NCBI GenBank assembly: GCA_951406725.2 | Contig: OX597836.1 | Coordinates: 26,970,001 to 27,034,000 of the forward strand | DNA: 64,000 nucleotides | Direction: 5' to 3' | Source: Octopus vulgaris | Lineage: Eukaryota | Shown here: positions 11,431-24,832 of the stretch, in pieces | Position numbering within the stretch: position 1 is the first letter of the stretch | How the letters are laid out: each line of letters starts with the position of its first letter | Made by a program: the position numbers and the translations under genes | Notes under the pieces: model-generated | Database searches by the model: none | Seen by the model: the letters and a program-made list of their open reading frames with translations, nothing else | What the model was told of the DNA's origin: nothing

Positions 11431-12298
11431 AGTTATTTCCACACGCACATTCCATCTATCTTCACACACACAAACATACACGCACACTCACACACACAAT
11501 TCCCATCTATCTGTCTATCTGTGTCTACACTCACACACGACTTTATCATTTTCCATCCTTCTTGGGTCGATACAACTTTATCAGTCAACCAATGAGGTAG
11601 ATTATAAATCCATCGTCTCTCTCTCCCCACCTTCTCCACTTCCTCCCTCTCCCGTTAAGTCCTGACTTGCCCGTTATCTTATTCACCACCCCAACTCTGA
11701 CCTCCTACTACACCTACAACCCCTCTCTCTCACTTCCTACTCCACCTTATTCGCTCGCACTTTTTCATTATTCTTCTCTTTCCTCCTCCCCCACACTTAA
11801 TTTCGTCCCGTAATTTCCCTTTGTTGTATCTGTTCCTCGCCTCCCCCCATTTCACAATTTTATGTAAACTTTTTCTCCGTCTTCGACACATCCGATACTC
11901 TTTACATACTGTCACCATCTCTCTCTCTCTTTCTTTCTCTCTCTCTCTCTCTCTGTTTGGCAAACTTTTACTATCTCTGTTCTCTTTCTCTCTCTCACAG
12001 AATAGTGTCTCTCTTTCCCGGTCTAACTTTTACATTCTCTGTCCTCTTTCTCTCTCTTTCTCACACAAGAACATACTCTCACTTTCTTTCATTCTTTCTC
12101 TCTCACTCTTCCACACACACACACACACACACAAACAACCACCACATCTTACCCCCACTCCTTCTCTACGGTCAACTTTCTCATGCTCTCTCTCTCTCTT
12201 ACACATACACACGCAAACAGACACACCGTTTCTCTACAAACTACCTTACAAATTTTCTTTCTCTGCCGTTATCTTTCACTGTCTCTCTTCTTTCTCCC

Positions 12299-12346
<48 letters not shown>

Positions 12347-12501
12347 ATATACATCTACATATATAAGCATCACCGAAACATCAGAGCAAAAATTCCGGTG
12401 GTTTCTGTTACTTCAGATCTCGACGTCCTACAATTGTCGTCTGCTTTTATTTAAAAAACAAAACCACATTAAACAGAACAAACACAAAAATCATTTTCGA
12501 A

Positions 12502-12664
12502 ATGAAGAAGTTTATAATTAATGACTCCATGGGGACTGACGACAAATCTCGTAAAAAACGCAAAAGAGCAATAATATGTCTGGTTATTTTCATAATCATT
12601 GTTCTTTCGTTAGGCCTAGGGATACTAGTTCACTACTTATTAAAGGATAAACCCCAACCGACTG
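12502..12664 (+). CDS. M1 aminopeptidase (APN-like) exon 1: cytoplasmic tail and signal-anchor TM helix
   Basis: MKKF..MGTDDKSRKKRKR-AIICLVIFIIIVLSLGLGILVHYLL: basic cluster then TM helix (type II topology). Donor G|gtaagt is phase 1, matching exon 2. Alternative ATG at 12529. Confidence 0.78.
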
Positions 12665-13041
12665 GTAAGTACTCTATTCTACCATTTATCCATTGCTTGC
12701 TAAAAATATTAATCAAACCTTTCCTAAATCGCAACCAGTTGTCTTTAACCCTTTGTATCCCCGAAGCATTTTCATATGTTGGTCCTAATTGTCTATTCTT
12801 GTTTTCTTCAGACATTTAGTTAGCCTTTGTGTCATACGTTTTTGAGTAATACAAAGGCAACTTTTATTAAGTCCCAGGTTATTCTGATCAACTCCTTCGC
12901 GTGGCTTTTAGAGGCCCCTTGCAACATTTTGTTTCGAGGCGCCATCAAAATTCATAATCTACGCACCTTTTATTCGTAGCTATTATTTTACTTTATTCTA
13001 TCTGAAGTTCAATCTTTCACGTTATCCTTTGGAACATCTTG

Positions 13042-13473
13042 AATAGTACAAGTTATATTTATTTACAAATTTCATCAAGCAAAACATCCAGATATGAATA
13101 AAAGAGCACTTTTATAATCCAGGCAACTTTCAAAGACAAACACAGCGCACTTTCGCTTCGCGAAATCATTGATCACTTCAGAATAATCAAGCTGAGAGCA
13201 AAGTTCGTGTTCAACAGATATCACAGACAATCCACAAAGTCTGCTACACGTTCGAAGTACAATGTAATATTTTTACAAGAACTTTGGCAGGTACAATGTA
13301 TCACTATTTTATTTCTTGAAATTTTCAGTTAACATGGGTGATTTAATTCTTGTTCAAGATTTTAACCAAAGTAAATAGATGAGTCATCAACGTACTTTGA
13401 TCTTTACATGGGGCCCTCCAACCGCGGAAGTCCTCTGCGACCGCAGGGTTTGCAGGGGCTTAGCGACGACCCT
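13042..13473 (-). mobile_element. Inverted paralog of 9047-9895, lacking the Merlin-like MITE
   Basis: Its reverse complement reads ...ataaaagtgctcttttattcatatctggatg..., with a single ctctttta. Confidence 0.8.
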
Positions 13474-14009
13474 GATTCTGATAGTTTGATAAAAATTAGG
13501 AATGTGTATCATATATGATTTATGGACGATAAGGAAATACGACCCGCGTATCACATGCAACGTGGAGGCGCATGACTTAGTGGTTAGGGTGCTGGACTTA
13601 CGATCGTAAGATTGTGGTTTCGATTCCTGGACCGGACACTGGGTTGTGTTCTTGAGCAAAACACTTCATTTCGCGGGGGTGAAAATGAGTAATCCTACGA
13701 TGGACCGATGTCTCGTCCAGCGAGGAATATATACATTCAGAGAAATCGGTCCTAAGCTCTTTGCGGAATAACATGGACTAACCATCACATGTAATACACG
13801 AAACAGACAAAGTGTTAGAATAAAGAACGACACACGGACAATGATAGAGCAAAATAGACAGAATGGTTCAAGGCGGGAATGCTTTTGATAATCGCTCATC
13901 GTTATTACCATTGTAGTCATCATTATATCATCAACATTATTTATCTATTCATTTATTGTTTAACCCGAGGTCAATCTTGTCGGGCAGACTTTAGTTCAAA
14001 GACATTCTT

Positions 14010-14470
14010 ATTTCTTCATTGCCCACAAGGGGCTAAACATAGAGAGGACAAACAAGGACATTAAGTCGATTACATCGACCCTAGTGCGTAACAGGTACTT
14101 AATAGGCGGCGAGCTGGCAGAAACGTTAGCACGCCGGGCGAAATGCGCAGCCGTATTTCGTCTGCCGGTTACGTTCTGAGTTCAAATTCCGCCGTGGTCG
14201 ACTTTGCCTTTCATCCTTTCGGGGTCGATAATTTAAGCACCAGTTACGCACTGGGGTCGATGTAATCGACTTAATCCGTTTGTCTGTCCTCGTTTGTCCC
14301 CTCTGAGTTTAGCCCCTTGTGAGTAGTAAAGAAATAGGTACTTAATTTATCGACCCCGAAAGGATGAAAGGCAAAGTCGACCTCGGCGGAATTTGAACTC
14401 AGAATGTAACGGCAGACGAGATACCGCTAAGCATTTCGCCCGGCGTGCTATCGTTTCTGCCAGCTCGCCA
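14010..14470. mobile_element. SINE family B (Nin/Deu-like central domain): a + copy (14105-14335) inserted into a - copy
   Basis: Head ggcggcgagctggcagaaacgttagc, core gcctttcatcctttcggggtcgata, TSD aggtacttaat at 14093-14103 and 14336-14346. Other copies at about 15950-16160, 29445-29672(-), 48060-48235(-), 55326-55742, 58680-59092(-), 62300-62520, 63428-63620. Confidence 0.85.
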
Positions 14471-14719
14471 AAGACATTGTAGCCATGCATTTCTCGTCAA
14501 CTATTTATACACACACGATGGGTTTCTTCATCTAATAAATTCCATCGGCAAACTAACGGTCATGTCAAAGCCAAAGTAGAGCTAACACTTGGCCAATGGG
14601 CCGTACAGTGGGACCGAACTTGAAGCCACGTATTTATGAAACCGTGCCCCCCACCACACACTCACAACGTATTTTATCAAAAAATTTGCGTTGTGCGTCT
14701 GTGGTAAGAAGTTTGCTTC

Positions 14720-14990
14720 ATCAGACCATATTTTTTCGAAAATGAAGAGGGGATCACAACGGCAGTTTGGATCGATACGTTGAGATGTTTTCGTTGCACC
14801 TGCATTGAACAATCTTCAGTAACTTCACGATGGTGCGACATCGCACACTAAAAGGCAATCAATGGCAGCTGTGCAAGATTTGTTCGGTAACCGTGCCATC
14901 CCAAGATTCGGTGACATTTTCCTGTTTTTTGTTGGTTTTTTTCAACGGTTCCCATTTTTTTTGGGAGTGGGGGGGGGGGGTCACCCTGTA
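14720..14990 (+). mobile_element. Tc1/mariner (Tc3-like) transposase remnant and right end
   Basis: PYFFENEEG...DRYVEM, HDGATSHT, VQDLFGNRAIPRFGDI. Ends ...tcaccctg|TA. Confidence 0.6.
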
Positions 14991-15092
14991 TAACGGGCTT
15001 CTTTCAATTTCCGTCTACCAGACCCACAGGCAGGCTACGCTTCGTTGGTGTTCAGTGTGTCTGTATACTGTCACGTGACGAAGACTATTTAA

Positions 15093-15305
15093 CCCATTAA
15101 GTCCCACTGTCCTATAAATAGGACACTAAACGAGAACATTAAATAAGCTATATCACATTGTGTCAGTGTCCTATTTATAGGACACCAAGTATTTCCATTT
15201 CTACTTGAAGTAAAGGAGTTTTTTTTTCATTTTAACCTGTTTTCAATCATTTCTAAAAATTTAAAAGTAATATTCAGAAATTTAAGTATTCTGGGACTTA
15301 ATGGG
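15093..15305. mobile_element. piggyBac-type MITE
   Basis: TTAA|CCCATTAAGTCCCA...TGGGACTTAATGGG|TTAA, with two internal palindromes tgtcctataaataggaca. Confidence 0.88.
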
Positions 15306-15671
15306 TTAAGGTGTCATCACGTGACGACCACTAATTAAGGTAAGTAACTATGGTGTGTCGATAAACGGTTTCAGAGACTGTAGTTTGGGTTAGTATCGTA
15401 CTCACACACATATATATGTAAACAGAGTTAGTGGTTATATAACCGACTAAGGGATAAAATATCCGTATGTATTATCGGTATCAGTTACCCGTATTATAAC
15501 CGGCATTGGTTGCGGAAACGGCCGTAAGATTTGTTACGTCATCTATATGTTTTATTTTATTTTATCTAGTTTCAGCTCACGAGCTGTGGCCATGCTGGGG
15601 CACCATTAAAACAGCTATAAATATGGTCCAATCGATGTGATTGTCAATCCGAGGTCTTCTCCATTTTCTGA

Positions 15672-15732
<61 letters not shown>

Positions 15733-17329
15733 ATATGCAAGAATATACTTGCTATCTGCGTCTGTGATTGCCCCCCCCCACTATCACTTGACAACCGATG
15801 TTGGTGTGTTTACGTCCCCGTCACTTAGCGGTTCGGCAAAAAGAGTCCGATAGAATAAGTACTAGGCTTAGAAAGAATAAGTCCTCGGGTGGATTTCTTC
15901 GACTAAAGACGGTGCTCCAGTCAAATGACTGAAACAAACAGAAGAATAACTAGGCGACGAGGTGGCAGAGTGGTTAACGCGCCGGGCAGAATGCTTAGCA
16001 GCACTTCGTCCGTCATTACGTTCGGAGTTCAAATTCGACTTTGCCTTTCATTCTTTCAGAGTTCATAAAAAGAAGTCCCAGTTGAACAATGAGGTCGATG
16101 TCATCGACCTGACCCCCCTCCTTCGAAACTGCTGGCCTTGTACTAAAATTTGAAGCCTAATTAATTAACCTCACTGACAAAAAAAAAAAAAGAAAAAAAA
16201 AAAGCAAATCAACAAAATAGTAGTTATACAGGTTTTATTTCTCTTCCTAACGGTTCCAAAAATTGTGTTAATTAACAATAAAAAAAAATTAAAACAAAAT
16301 ATATTCACATTTTAATTATTTAAATTAGGTTCTCTACAAGCCGCGCTTTGTTTCTCATATTTACGTTTGGTCCCAACCACCCCCTTCCATCTTTCCATTC
16401 ACTCCTCCTCCTCCTCCCCCTCGACAACAACAACACCCCCACCCCCACCACCACTCCAGTTCAAATTATTGTTTCTTCCTCCTCCTCCTCCTCTTTCAGC
16501 CACATGCATATTTGTTACAAAGTTTCTTCAACCAACTAGAAATCGTAGCTAAGTTCTTCCTCGAATGTCAGCCCGTCGTCGTTTGTTTATTATTATTCTT
16601 TTATCTGTTTCAGTCATTTGACTTGCGGCCATGCTGGAGCACCGCCTTTTTTAGTCGAACAAAATCATCGACCCTGGGACTTATTATTCTTTGCAAGCCT
16701 AGTACTTATTCTATCCGTCTCTTTTGCCGAACCGTTAAGTTACGGGGATGTAAACACACCAACATCGGTTGTCAAGTGATGTTGGGGGGACAAACACAGA
16801 CACACAAACACATATACATATATATATATACACACGACAGGACTGAACCCGGAACCATGTAATTGGTAAGCAAGCTACTTACCACATACCCACCATTTTT
16901 TTTGGTCTCTTAAATATTCTCTCTTTTCTCTTTTACTTGTTTCAGTCATTTGACTGCGGCCATGCTGGAGCACCGCCTTTAGTCGAGCAAATCGACCCCG
17001 GGACTTATTCTTTGTAAGCCCAGTACTTATTCTATCGGTCACTTTTGCCGAACCGCTAAGTTACGGGGACGTAAACACACCAGCATCGGTTGTCAAGCAA
17101 TGCTAGGGGGACAAACACAGACACACAAACATATACACACTCACTTATATACATATATACGACAGGCTTCTTTCAGTTTCCGTCTACCAAATCCACTCAC
17201 AAGGCATTGGTCGGCCCGGGGCTATAGCAGAAGACACTTGCCCAAGATGCCACGCAGTGGGACTGAACCCAGAACAATGTGGTTGGTTAGCAAGCTACTT
17301 ACCACACAGCCACTCCTGCGCCTATATAT

Positions 17330-17635
17330 ACTGCATTTTGTGGCATTATTTCAAGCCAGCCGGCTTTTTTTTTGCACAAACTGCACGTGCATTTTTCTCG
17401 CGTACGCGTAGTATCGATCGCAACAGCTGATGTATTTGCGCGTACAAATGCACGTTCCCACGGCTTTATCAATCGCTTTCTTACCTGGAATCGATTTTTG
17501 CAATTTTTTCAAGACTTATACACGCCCTGATACCGTCGGTATCTACGTATCAAAATTGAGTGCAATCGGATGGAGGATGCCCGAGATCCTAGAACACACA
17601 CACACACACACACAGAACAGATTTTATATAATAGA
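17330..17635 (-). mobile_element. Probable non-autonomous Helitron, 5' part
   Basis: Minus strand starts A|TCTATTATATAAAATCTG followed by (TG)n, resembling the 5' end of the 24833 Helitron. No 3' hairpin or CTAG found. Confidence 0.5.
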
Positions 17636-18079
17636 TATACAAGTAAAAGTAAGATCCAAGGATCGTGGTGTAGGAAGTCAGTAAGCTTCAAGCAGTCTGT
17701 AGAAGGTATAGAAAACAACTTTCAGGAACAGTAGCGGTTTCTTAACGTAGAGGGTTGTAAAGTTTCCCCGTATCGAAAGTTCAATAAGCTGAAAAAAGTT
17801 ATTTTATAGTCCACGGTTAGCAGCTGGGGTTGATTTGTATGCGAATAAAAAATCCAGAATTAGGGAACACAGTTGATAAAATCCAGGCTACACATCTACT
17901 CCATTCACTAATTTTGGACCGCTGAACTCTACAAGACGTTTTTCATTCTCTCTATCTCTGTTTATTTCCTCTTATTCCTTTCTGTTGAAGAGCGTAGGCT
18001 CGAAACATAAAATACTTTTTTCATTTTTCCCAAGCGTCAGACTAATACACTTGCTTGTTGTTCATACACCTGTCTTCGT

Positions 18080-18135
<56 letters not shown>

Positions 18136-19007
18136 CGTGAAAACATGGACAGGTTGGTCATGTTAGGGAGGTCTTTGATTATTGGTCAGCTGGATCAGAG
18201 ACAACCTTGGGTTAAAAAACAATACCAACAACAATAATTTACTTCAATGTATTCCGTTACAGTTAATCTCTCCCCCACCCCCGTTACACTTAATACACCA
18301 ACCAACCTTATACTATTTGGTTGTGTATCACTATTGCTACTTAGCTCTACGTCCACCTTGGTCAAGATGGAGATTAAGGGACCAAAAGTCACTCGAGCCG
18401 TGCCCACCCCATCCATTTCCATCTTTCATTAGGAATTGAGTAATCCTCATTACATTATCCGATGTCTCCGTTTCTTTTAAATAATCGTTCCAGCGGCAGG
18501 GGTTGCTCGGTGGTTAAAATGCTTGCTTTGTAAACCACGTGGTTTCCGGTTCAATTTCACTATGTGGCATCTTCTTCTCTGCTACAGCTCCTGGGGGGGG
18601 GGCGACTGATGTCTTGTGTGAGTGAATTTCGAGAGAAGAAAACTGTGCGGAAGCCCGTCACACGGACACAGACATACGGACGAGCGCGCACTTTCTCCCT
18701 GCTCCACCACTTGAAAACCGATGTTGGTTTGTTTACATTCCTGCAATTTAGCCGTTCGACAAAATAAACCGATACATTGTAGTAGTAGTAGTAGTGATTT
18801 TATTTGGAGGAGCAGTAGTAGTAGTAGTAGTGGTGGTGGTGGTGATGATGATGCTAGTAGTAGTAGTAGTAGTAGTCTCAGTTGCTGTTTCACGACATTG
18901 TTATCAACATTATAGATTACAGATAAGTAAAGTAAGAGGTTTATCTCAGCCGACGTTTTTCTTGGAAAACAAAACCTCACTATCATTGCTTATTTATTTA
19001 TTCAAAG

Positions 19008-19956
19008 CAGGGGTTCTCAACCATTTTTTTTTTTTAATCTATGATTACTGTTTTATTCTGGTGGCCCCACACCGCCATGGCCATTCAATGTTTTAAAACT
19101 ACTTTTATAGAAATTTCTTTAAAAATTCCTATTTTATTTTTTTTTTCTCACGTTAACTTGTGTAGAGAAGTGCCAGAGAAAGAAACCTTGCTGTGTGTGT
19201 GTGTTTTTTTTTTTAACAATACAGACATCTAAAACAAGACTTTTTCATGGACCCTTAAAATACTCAGTGAGGGCGCGTGGCTTAGTGGTTAGGGCATTCG
19301 GCTCATGATCGTAAGGTTGTGAGTTCGTTTCCCGGCGACGCGTTGTGTCCTTGAGCAAGACACTTTATTTCACGTTGCTCCAGTCCACTCAGCTGGCAAA
19401 AATGAGTTGTACCTGTATTTCAAAGGGTCAGCCTTGTCACTCTCTGTGTCACGCTGATTATCCCCGAGAACTACGTTAAGGGTACACGTGTCTGTGGAAT
19501 GCTCAGCCATTTGCACGTTAATTTCACGAGCAAGCTGTTCCGTTGATCGTATCAGCTGGGACCCTCGTCGTCGTAACCGGCGGAGTAAAGAGAAAATACT
19601 CAACCATTTTTTTCTTCTATCTATCCTTAAATCCTTAAAAATGCTTCAGCCCGAACTATTTTATTCTGGTGGACTCCCATGACTATTCAATGTTTAAAAA
19701 CTAGTTCTTTAGAAACTTCTTTAAAAATTCCAATTTTGTTTTTCGCACATTAACTTGTGTAGGTTGATCGATGTTAAACATTGAAGAAACCTCGCTGTTT
19801 CTTGCAATACGCAACACTATATACATCTATAGTAAAATTTTTCAGAGGTCCTTCAAATACTCTTGTGGGTATCCAATTGACTATTTTGCTGTGTGGAACC
19901 CCAAAAATCTTATATGGACCCTCAGGGGCCATATGGAGCCCAGTTGAAAGCTCCTG
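19008..19956. mobile_element. Non-autonomous hAT (Charlie-like) element with an internal duplication and a nested SINE C
   Basis: TIRs CAGGGGTTCTCAAC / GTTGAAAGCTCCTG. Degenerate 8-bp TSD attcaaag/atttaaac. 19017-19265 is duplicated at about 19598-19865. Confidence 0.65.
19268..19590 (+). mobile_element. tRNA-derived SINE family C, representative copy
   Basis: Head ggcgcgtggcttagtggttaggg...gagttcgtttcccgg, then tgtccttgagcaagacacttt; flanked by aaatactca on both sides. Related copies at about 13563-13760, 20740-21030(-), 27300-27680(-), 40930-41211, 49960-50335, 56300-56535(-), 58142-58680. Confidence 0.85.
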
Positions 19957-21029
19957 ATTTAAACCATCTCCCTCCGTTTTGTTTCATCATGTTGGTAAAA
20001 TGAAGGTAACTATTGCAGAATATGGCGATGAAACAGGATGCAGGTGCAACACAAAATAGTGTCTTGCTCAAGAACACAATATACAGCCCGGTCTGGGAAT
20101 CGAACTCCCCTACATCATAATTAGCGTATCGCCAGCATGGCGTAGGTGTGTCACGAACGTACGGAAAACCAATATATAGAATACCCAATACCAATTTGTT
20201 TCAACTTTTCAGAATCTGTTTATTAGCATAGCGAACATGTCAATGCATGTACCTACCGGCTATCGTTTCTTACTTAATGTTTGGAGGCGAGATTAAAAAA
20301 AAAAAAAAAAAGCCACGGGTAACTTTCATTACAAAACGCACGTTTTCATTATATTTCATTCAGTCTAAAAGAATATTGCAAAGCGCTATTGTCTGAAGTA
20401 AATTTAAAATCGATTAAAAAATGTTCAAATCCGCACCTGTTTTAGTGAATACACTGCAACTGGTTTCAAATTGCCAGCATTTATTGCTTACCTATAATGG
20501 TATTACGCATTACTGAGGGTGAACTAATAATTATGAAATCACAATAAAACTCTTGCCACACTTGTCCCTTTGTTCATTAAGGAACCGGATGTTCTAATTA
20601 AATGCAACATGCCATTTCTAATTTTATCGTGATTACTGATGGTGATATTAATTACATGTTTAGTTATCATAACTTTATGATAACTCAGTTTCATTCATAA
20701 ATTGTATTTAAATTACCCATGTTGTTGTTTGTTCCTTCTCGAGCCGTGAATGGTGGCTCGTAAGGGCTGGTTTCCCGGTTTCATTGGCGTATAGGTTTCC
20801 CGCCTAGCCGGGACGCCGGTCCGTCGCAGGTGAGCTGCTGGATGCAGGAGGAAAGAGTGAGAAAAATTTGTGGCGAAAGAGTCAGCAGAAGTTCGCCATT
20901 ACCTTCTGTCGGAGCCGCGTGGAGCTTAGGTGTTTCACTCATAAACACACACATCGCTCGACCTGAGATTCGAACCCGCGATCCCTCGACCGGGAGTCCG
21001 CTGCTCTAACCACTAGGCCATTTGCCTCC

Positions 21030-24000
21030 ACTAAATTCAGAAGAAGACATTTCCAATGAACAAAATTCAGCAGCTACAAAGGAAACCACTCAAACGACTG
21101 TTGAACACCCTGCATCAGTGAGTGAGAAGGGCACAGGAAAAATGTTTAAGCCTCGTTTATACAACAAAGATTATATAAAACTGGGATTCACATTTTCTGG
21201 AAATGAAAACAACCCTAGTCCCCTGTGTTTAGTTTGTGGGGATATACTTGCAAACGAAAGTATGGTGCCAAACAAAGTGTCATTTCAGTACTAGGCAGGG
21301 AAATTTGTCAACGAAGCCTGTGGAATACTTCATTGGACTTTCAAAATATCTAAAAAAAAAAAAGAAAAAAAGCAGGCTTCGATGTTCACAAAGAGAATGA
21401 AGACATCAGACAAAGCTCAAGGGACAAGTTACTTAGTTGCTCAAATAATTTCCAAAAACAAGGAACGATATAGTATTGCTGAAAGGAATTTTGCTGTGTG
21501 ATTGTTCGAACAATATTTGGACCCGAATTTGAGGCAGAAGTTAATAAAATTTCTCAGGCAGATAACACAATTGGAAGATGAATTCAAGATGTCTCATGAC
21601 ATTAACCCTTTCGTTACCAAACCGCCCCAAAAAAATTTTGGTTAATGTGACCAAACCGCCTAAAGCCGTCCGAATTTACCTATTCATATTTAAATGAGAA
21701 TATCAGAGCAAATCTCTTTAGTACATTCGTGAAAACACGTGATTATACTTCGTAAACAGTTCATCTACAGTTTTGTACAACGATCGACGTGTAATTTTAA
21801 TTCCCTGAATTTTGGGAGATTTTTTTCCACATTTTTTTCGGCATCGATTTCTCTTCAACTTTGAAAATGGATTGGAGTTTCATGTTATCAAGCATTGATT
21901 CTGAATTGGAAAATTTGTGAAGCAAATACTGGGTACTGTTGTGGATTTAGTTTTTATACAGGGAAACTAATGTTAGTCAGCATGGCTTAGGGTATGATGT
22001 GGTCTTGAAATTATTGTTTGAAGCGATCAATGCGGAAACAAACTTACGCAAAATGTAAACAAACACAAAATGGGGGTTCAAATTTCGGAAAATTTGTGAA
22101 GTAAATACTGGGTACTGCGTGGATTTAGTTTTTATACAGGGAAAATAATGTTAGTCAGCATGGCCTAGGGAACGATGTGGTCTGGAATTTATCACTTCCA
22201 TACTATAACCAGGGCCGTATATTATTTTTTGACCGATTTCTTTAGTTCGGTCAAACTTGCGGTGGATTCCAGTATTTCACTTTATTCCACATTTATGGTA
22301 CACCTGTTGTGCATTAAATTCAACTGATGATATAGTGATGTGCACAATTCTTCTTTATCAAAATTTTGTTGCATACCCATTTGAATATTAGCTGATGATT
22401 CATTTTCTATGGTGATGTTTAAACAAAATTTTAATACTTTTACCTTTTGCTCAATTTAAAATTTTAATATTTTTACCTTTTGCTCAATTTACCTGGATTT
22501 ACCTGTAATTAAAGTCACTTTGAGACAAAAGTTATGCAATAGAATTGATTAAGAACCCTTTCTTTAATTATGTTCCAAATATCACATTAATATGTTGATA
22601 AGTAAAAAAGTTACAGTTATTTAATGAAACAAGCCTAGATTCATGATTATTTTAGAATTTAATTGAAACTCATGAGGGGTGTATTTTGGTCAGAAATATA
22701 GTAACAAAAGGGCAAATGAAGAATATTATTGTAGTTATTATTGCAGTTAGACGAATCAACAGATGTCAGTGGGTTAAGCACAATTGATGGGTTTTATACG
22801 TTTTTATTCGTAATGACAGAATTATTGAGCAATTCTTGTGTTGTCTAGAACTTCTACTGAGAACTAGAACTGAAGACAATTTTCAAGCTTTAAATTTCTT
22901 CATGAAGGAAAATGATTTGTTATGGTCAAATTGTGTAGGAATATTCACAGATGGCGCACCCTCGATGGCAGGGTCAATAAAAGGTTTTATAAATTTAGCA
23001 AAAGAAGAGAATCCAAATATTATAAATTATTCATTGTTTTTTTGCGTGGAGAATCGTAAATTGTGCAAATTGTTGAAGATGAGTTACGAAGAATTAAAAA
23101 CGAAGTGGTTCAAATGGTCAATTACATCAAAAATAGACCTCTTAAATCAAGCTTATATGCTCATATTTGTGAAGAAGTGGGAACAAATTTCAAGAAACTT
23201 CTGCTACACACGAAGGTTCGTTGGCTTTCAAAAGGTTGTGTGATTTGTCGTGTATAAGAATTGAGAGAAATGATGCTTAAACTTTTTGAAGAACATCAAC
23301 AGAATAGGCGTAGGAGTGGCTGTGTGGTAAGAAGCTTGCTTACCAACCACATAGTTCTGGGTTCAGTCCCACTGCTTGGCACCTTGGGCAAGTGTCTTCT
23401 ACTATAGCCTCGGGCTGACCAAAACCATGTGAGTGGATTTGGTAGACGGAAACTGAAAGAAGCCCGTCGTATATACGTATATATATGTGTTTGTGTGTCT
23501 GTGTTTGTCCCCACAACATCGCTTGACAACCGATGCTGGTGTGTTTACGTCCCCGTAACTGAGCGGTTCGGCAAAAGAAACTGATAGAATAAGTACTAGG
23601 TTTACATAGAATAAGTACTGAGGTCGAGTTGCTCGACTAAAAGCGGTGCTCCAGCATGGCCACAGTCATACGACTAAAACAAGTAAAAGAGTAGAATGAA
23701 ATTCACAATCTGATTCAAGATGAACTTTGGTGCATCAGATTGGCAAATCTTTCGGACATATTTGTGACATTTGAATAAAATTAACACAGGTATACAGAGA
23801 AAAGCAGAAAATATCTTAACATCGGCTGATAAAATTTGCGCTATGAAAGACAAGATAATTCGGAAACGCAAAGTAAAAGAATGAAATTTTGAAATGTTTC
23901 CCAAAACTTGTGGGTGCGAGCTAAAATATGAGATCATCTCGTTAACTGTTGACCGTTTAACATTGGTTAGAGTAAAACTTGATTATTGTTTCCCAAATAT

Positions 24001-24811
24001 TAAAATCCAAAACTACGATTGGATCAGAAATCCATTTCTTGCAACTGTAACGATTGATTTTTCGCTTACCAAAAAAAAGAAAAACCTAGCTGAAATCAAG
24101 AATACTCGGTGTCTGTTATTGATTTATGAAAAAAAAAACGAATTTACAGATCTTTTGGCTTCGTGTTTCAAAGAAGCATCCAAACCTAGCTAAGAAAAAT
24201 AAATAGATAAAGCTTTACAAATTCTTTTGCAGTTTTCTACTCTTTTACTCTTTACTCTCTCTTTTACTTGTTTCAGTCATTTGGCTGCGGCCATGCTGGA
24301 GCACCGCCTTTAGTCGAGCAAATCGACCCCGGGACTTATTCTTTGTAAGCCCAGTACTTATTCTATCGGTCTCTTTTGCCGAACCGCTAAGTGACGGGGA
24401 CGTAAACACACCAGCATCGGTTGTCAAGCAATGCTAGGGGGACAAACACAGACACACAAATACATATATATATATACATATATACGACAGGCTTCTTTCA
24501 GTTTCCGTCTACCAAATCCACTCACAAGGCATTGGTCGGCCCGGGGCTATAGCAGAAGACACTTGCCCAAGATGCCACGCAGTGGGACTGAACCCGGAAC
24601 CATGTGGTTGGTTAGCAAGCTACTTACCACACAGCCACTCCTGCGCCTAGCACACATTTGCGAAGCATCTTTTTCAGCAACGCTAAACTTAAAGACATCG
24701 AAACGTGGAAACTTGAAAATGCTTAACAGTGAAATGCGAGTGTCATTATCTACCATACCATCTAGTATTAAAAATCTCTGTCCTTCTCATCAACCTCATG
24801 TATCTCTCTGA
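21030..24811 (+). mobile_element. Decayed hAT (Buster/Charlie; ZBED5/SCAND3/FAM200-like) transposase in intron 1
   Basis: BED finger RLYNKDYIKLGFT...PLCLVCGDILANESMVPNK, LQLDESTDV, CVGIFTDGAPSMAG..KGF, LLHTKVRWLSKG, WIRNPF, ICEASFS, QPHVSL*. Contains stops, frameshifts and three nested insertions. Confidence 0.9.
21606..22712 (+). mobile_element. Internally deleted piggyBac element nested in the hAT
   Basis: TTAA|CCCTTTCGTTAC...GTAACAAAAGGG TIRs. Remnant transposase FYTGK..VSQHGLGYDVV.KL (duplicated at about 21910 and 22090) and YYNQGRILFFDRF.SSVKLA. Confidence 0.82.
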
Positions 24812-24832
24812 AATACTAAGTTATAGAAGTTA

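Noticed and set aside
10784-12521. Long ORFs such as 10784..11665 (293 aa) and overlapping frames
   Set aside because: Translations of (TATC)n, (CT)n and (CA)n microsatellites with no protein-like content.
14582-14812. Minus-strand WSDEANF as a mariner catalytic motif
   Set aside because: The transposase-like peptides read on the plus strand at the same place; the minus-strand match spans a junction with a SINE-head-like fragment and is probably coincidental.
21030-24811. Domesticated ZBED5/SCAND3/FAM200 gene
   Set aside because: Multiple stops, frameshifts and nested insertions mark it as a dead transposon.
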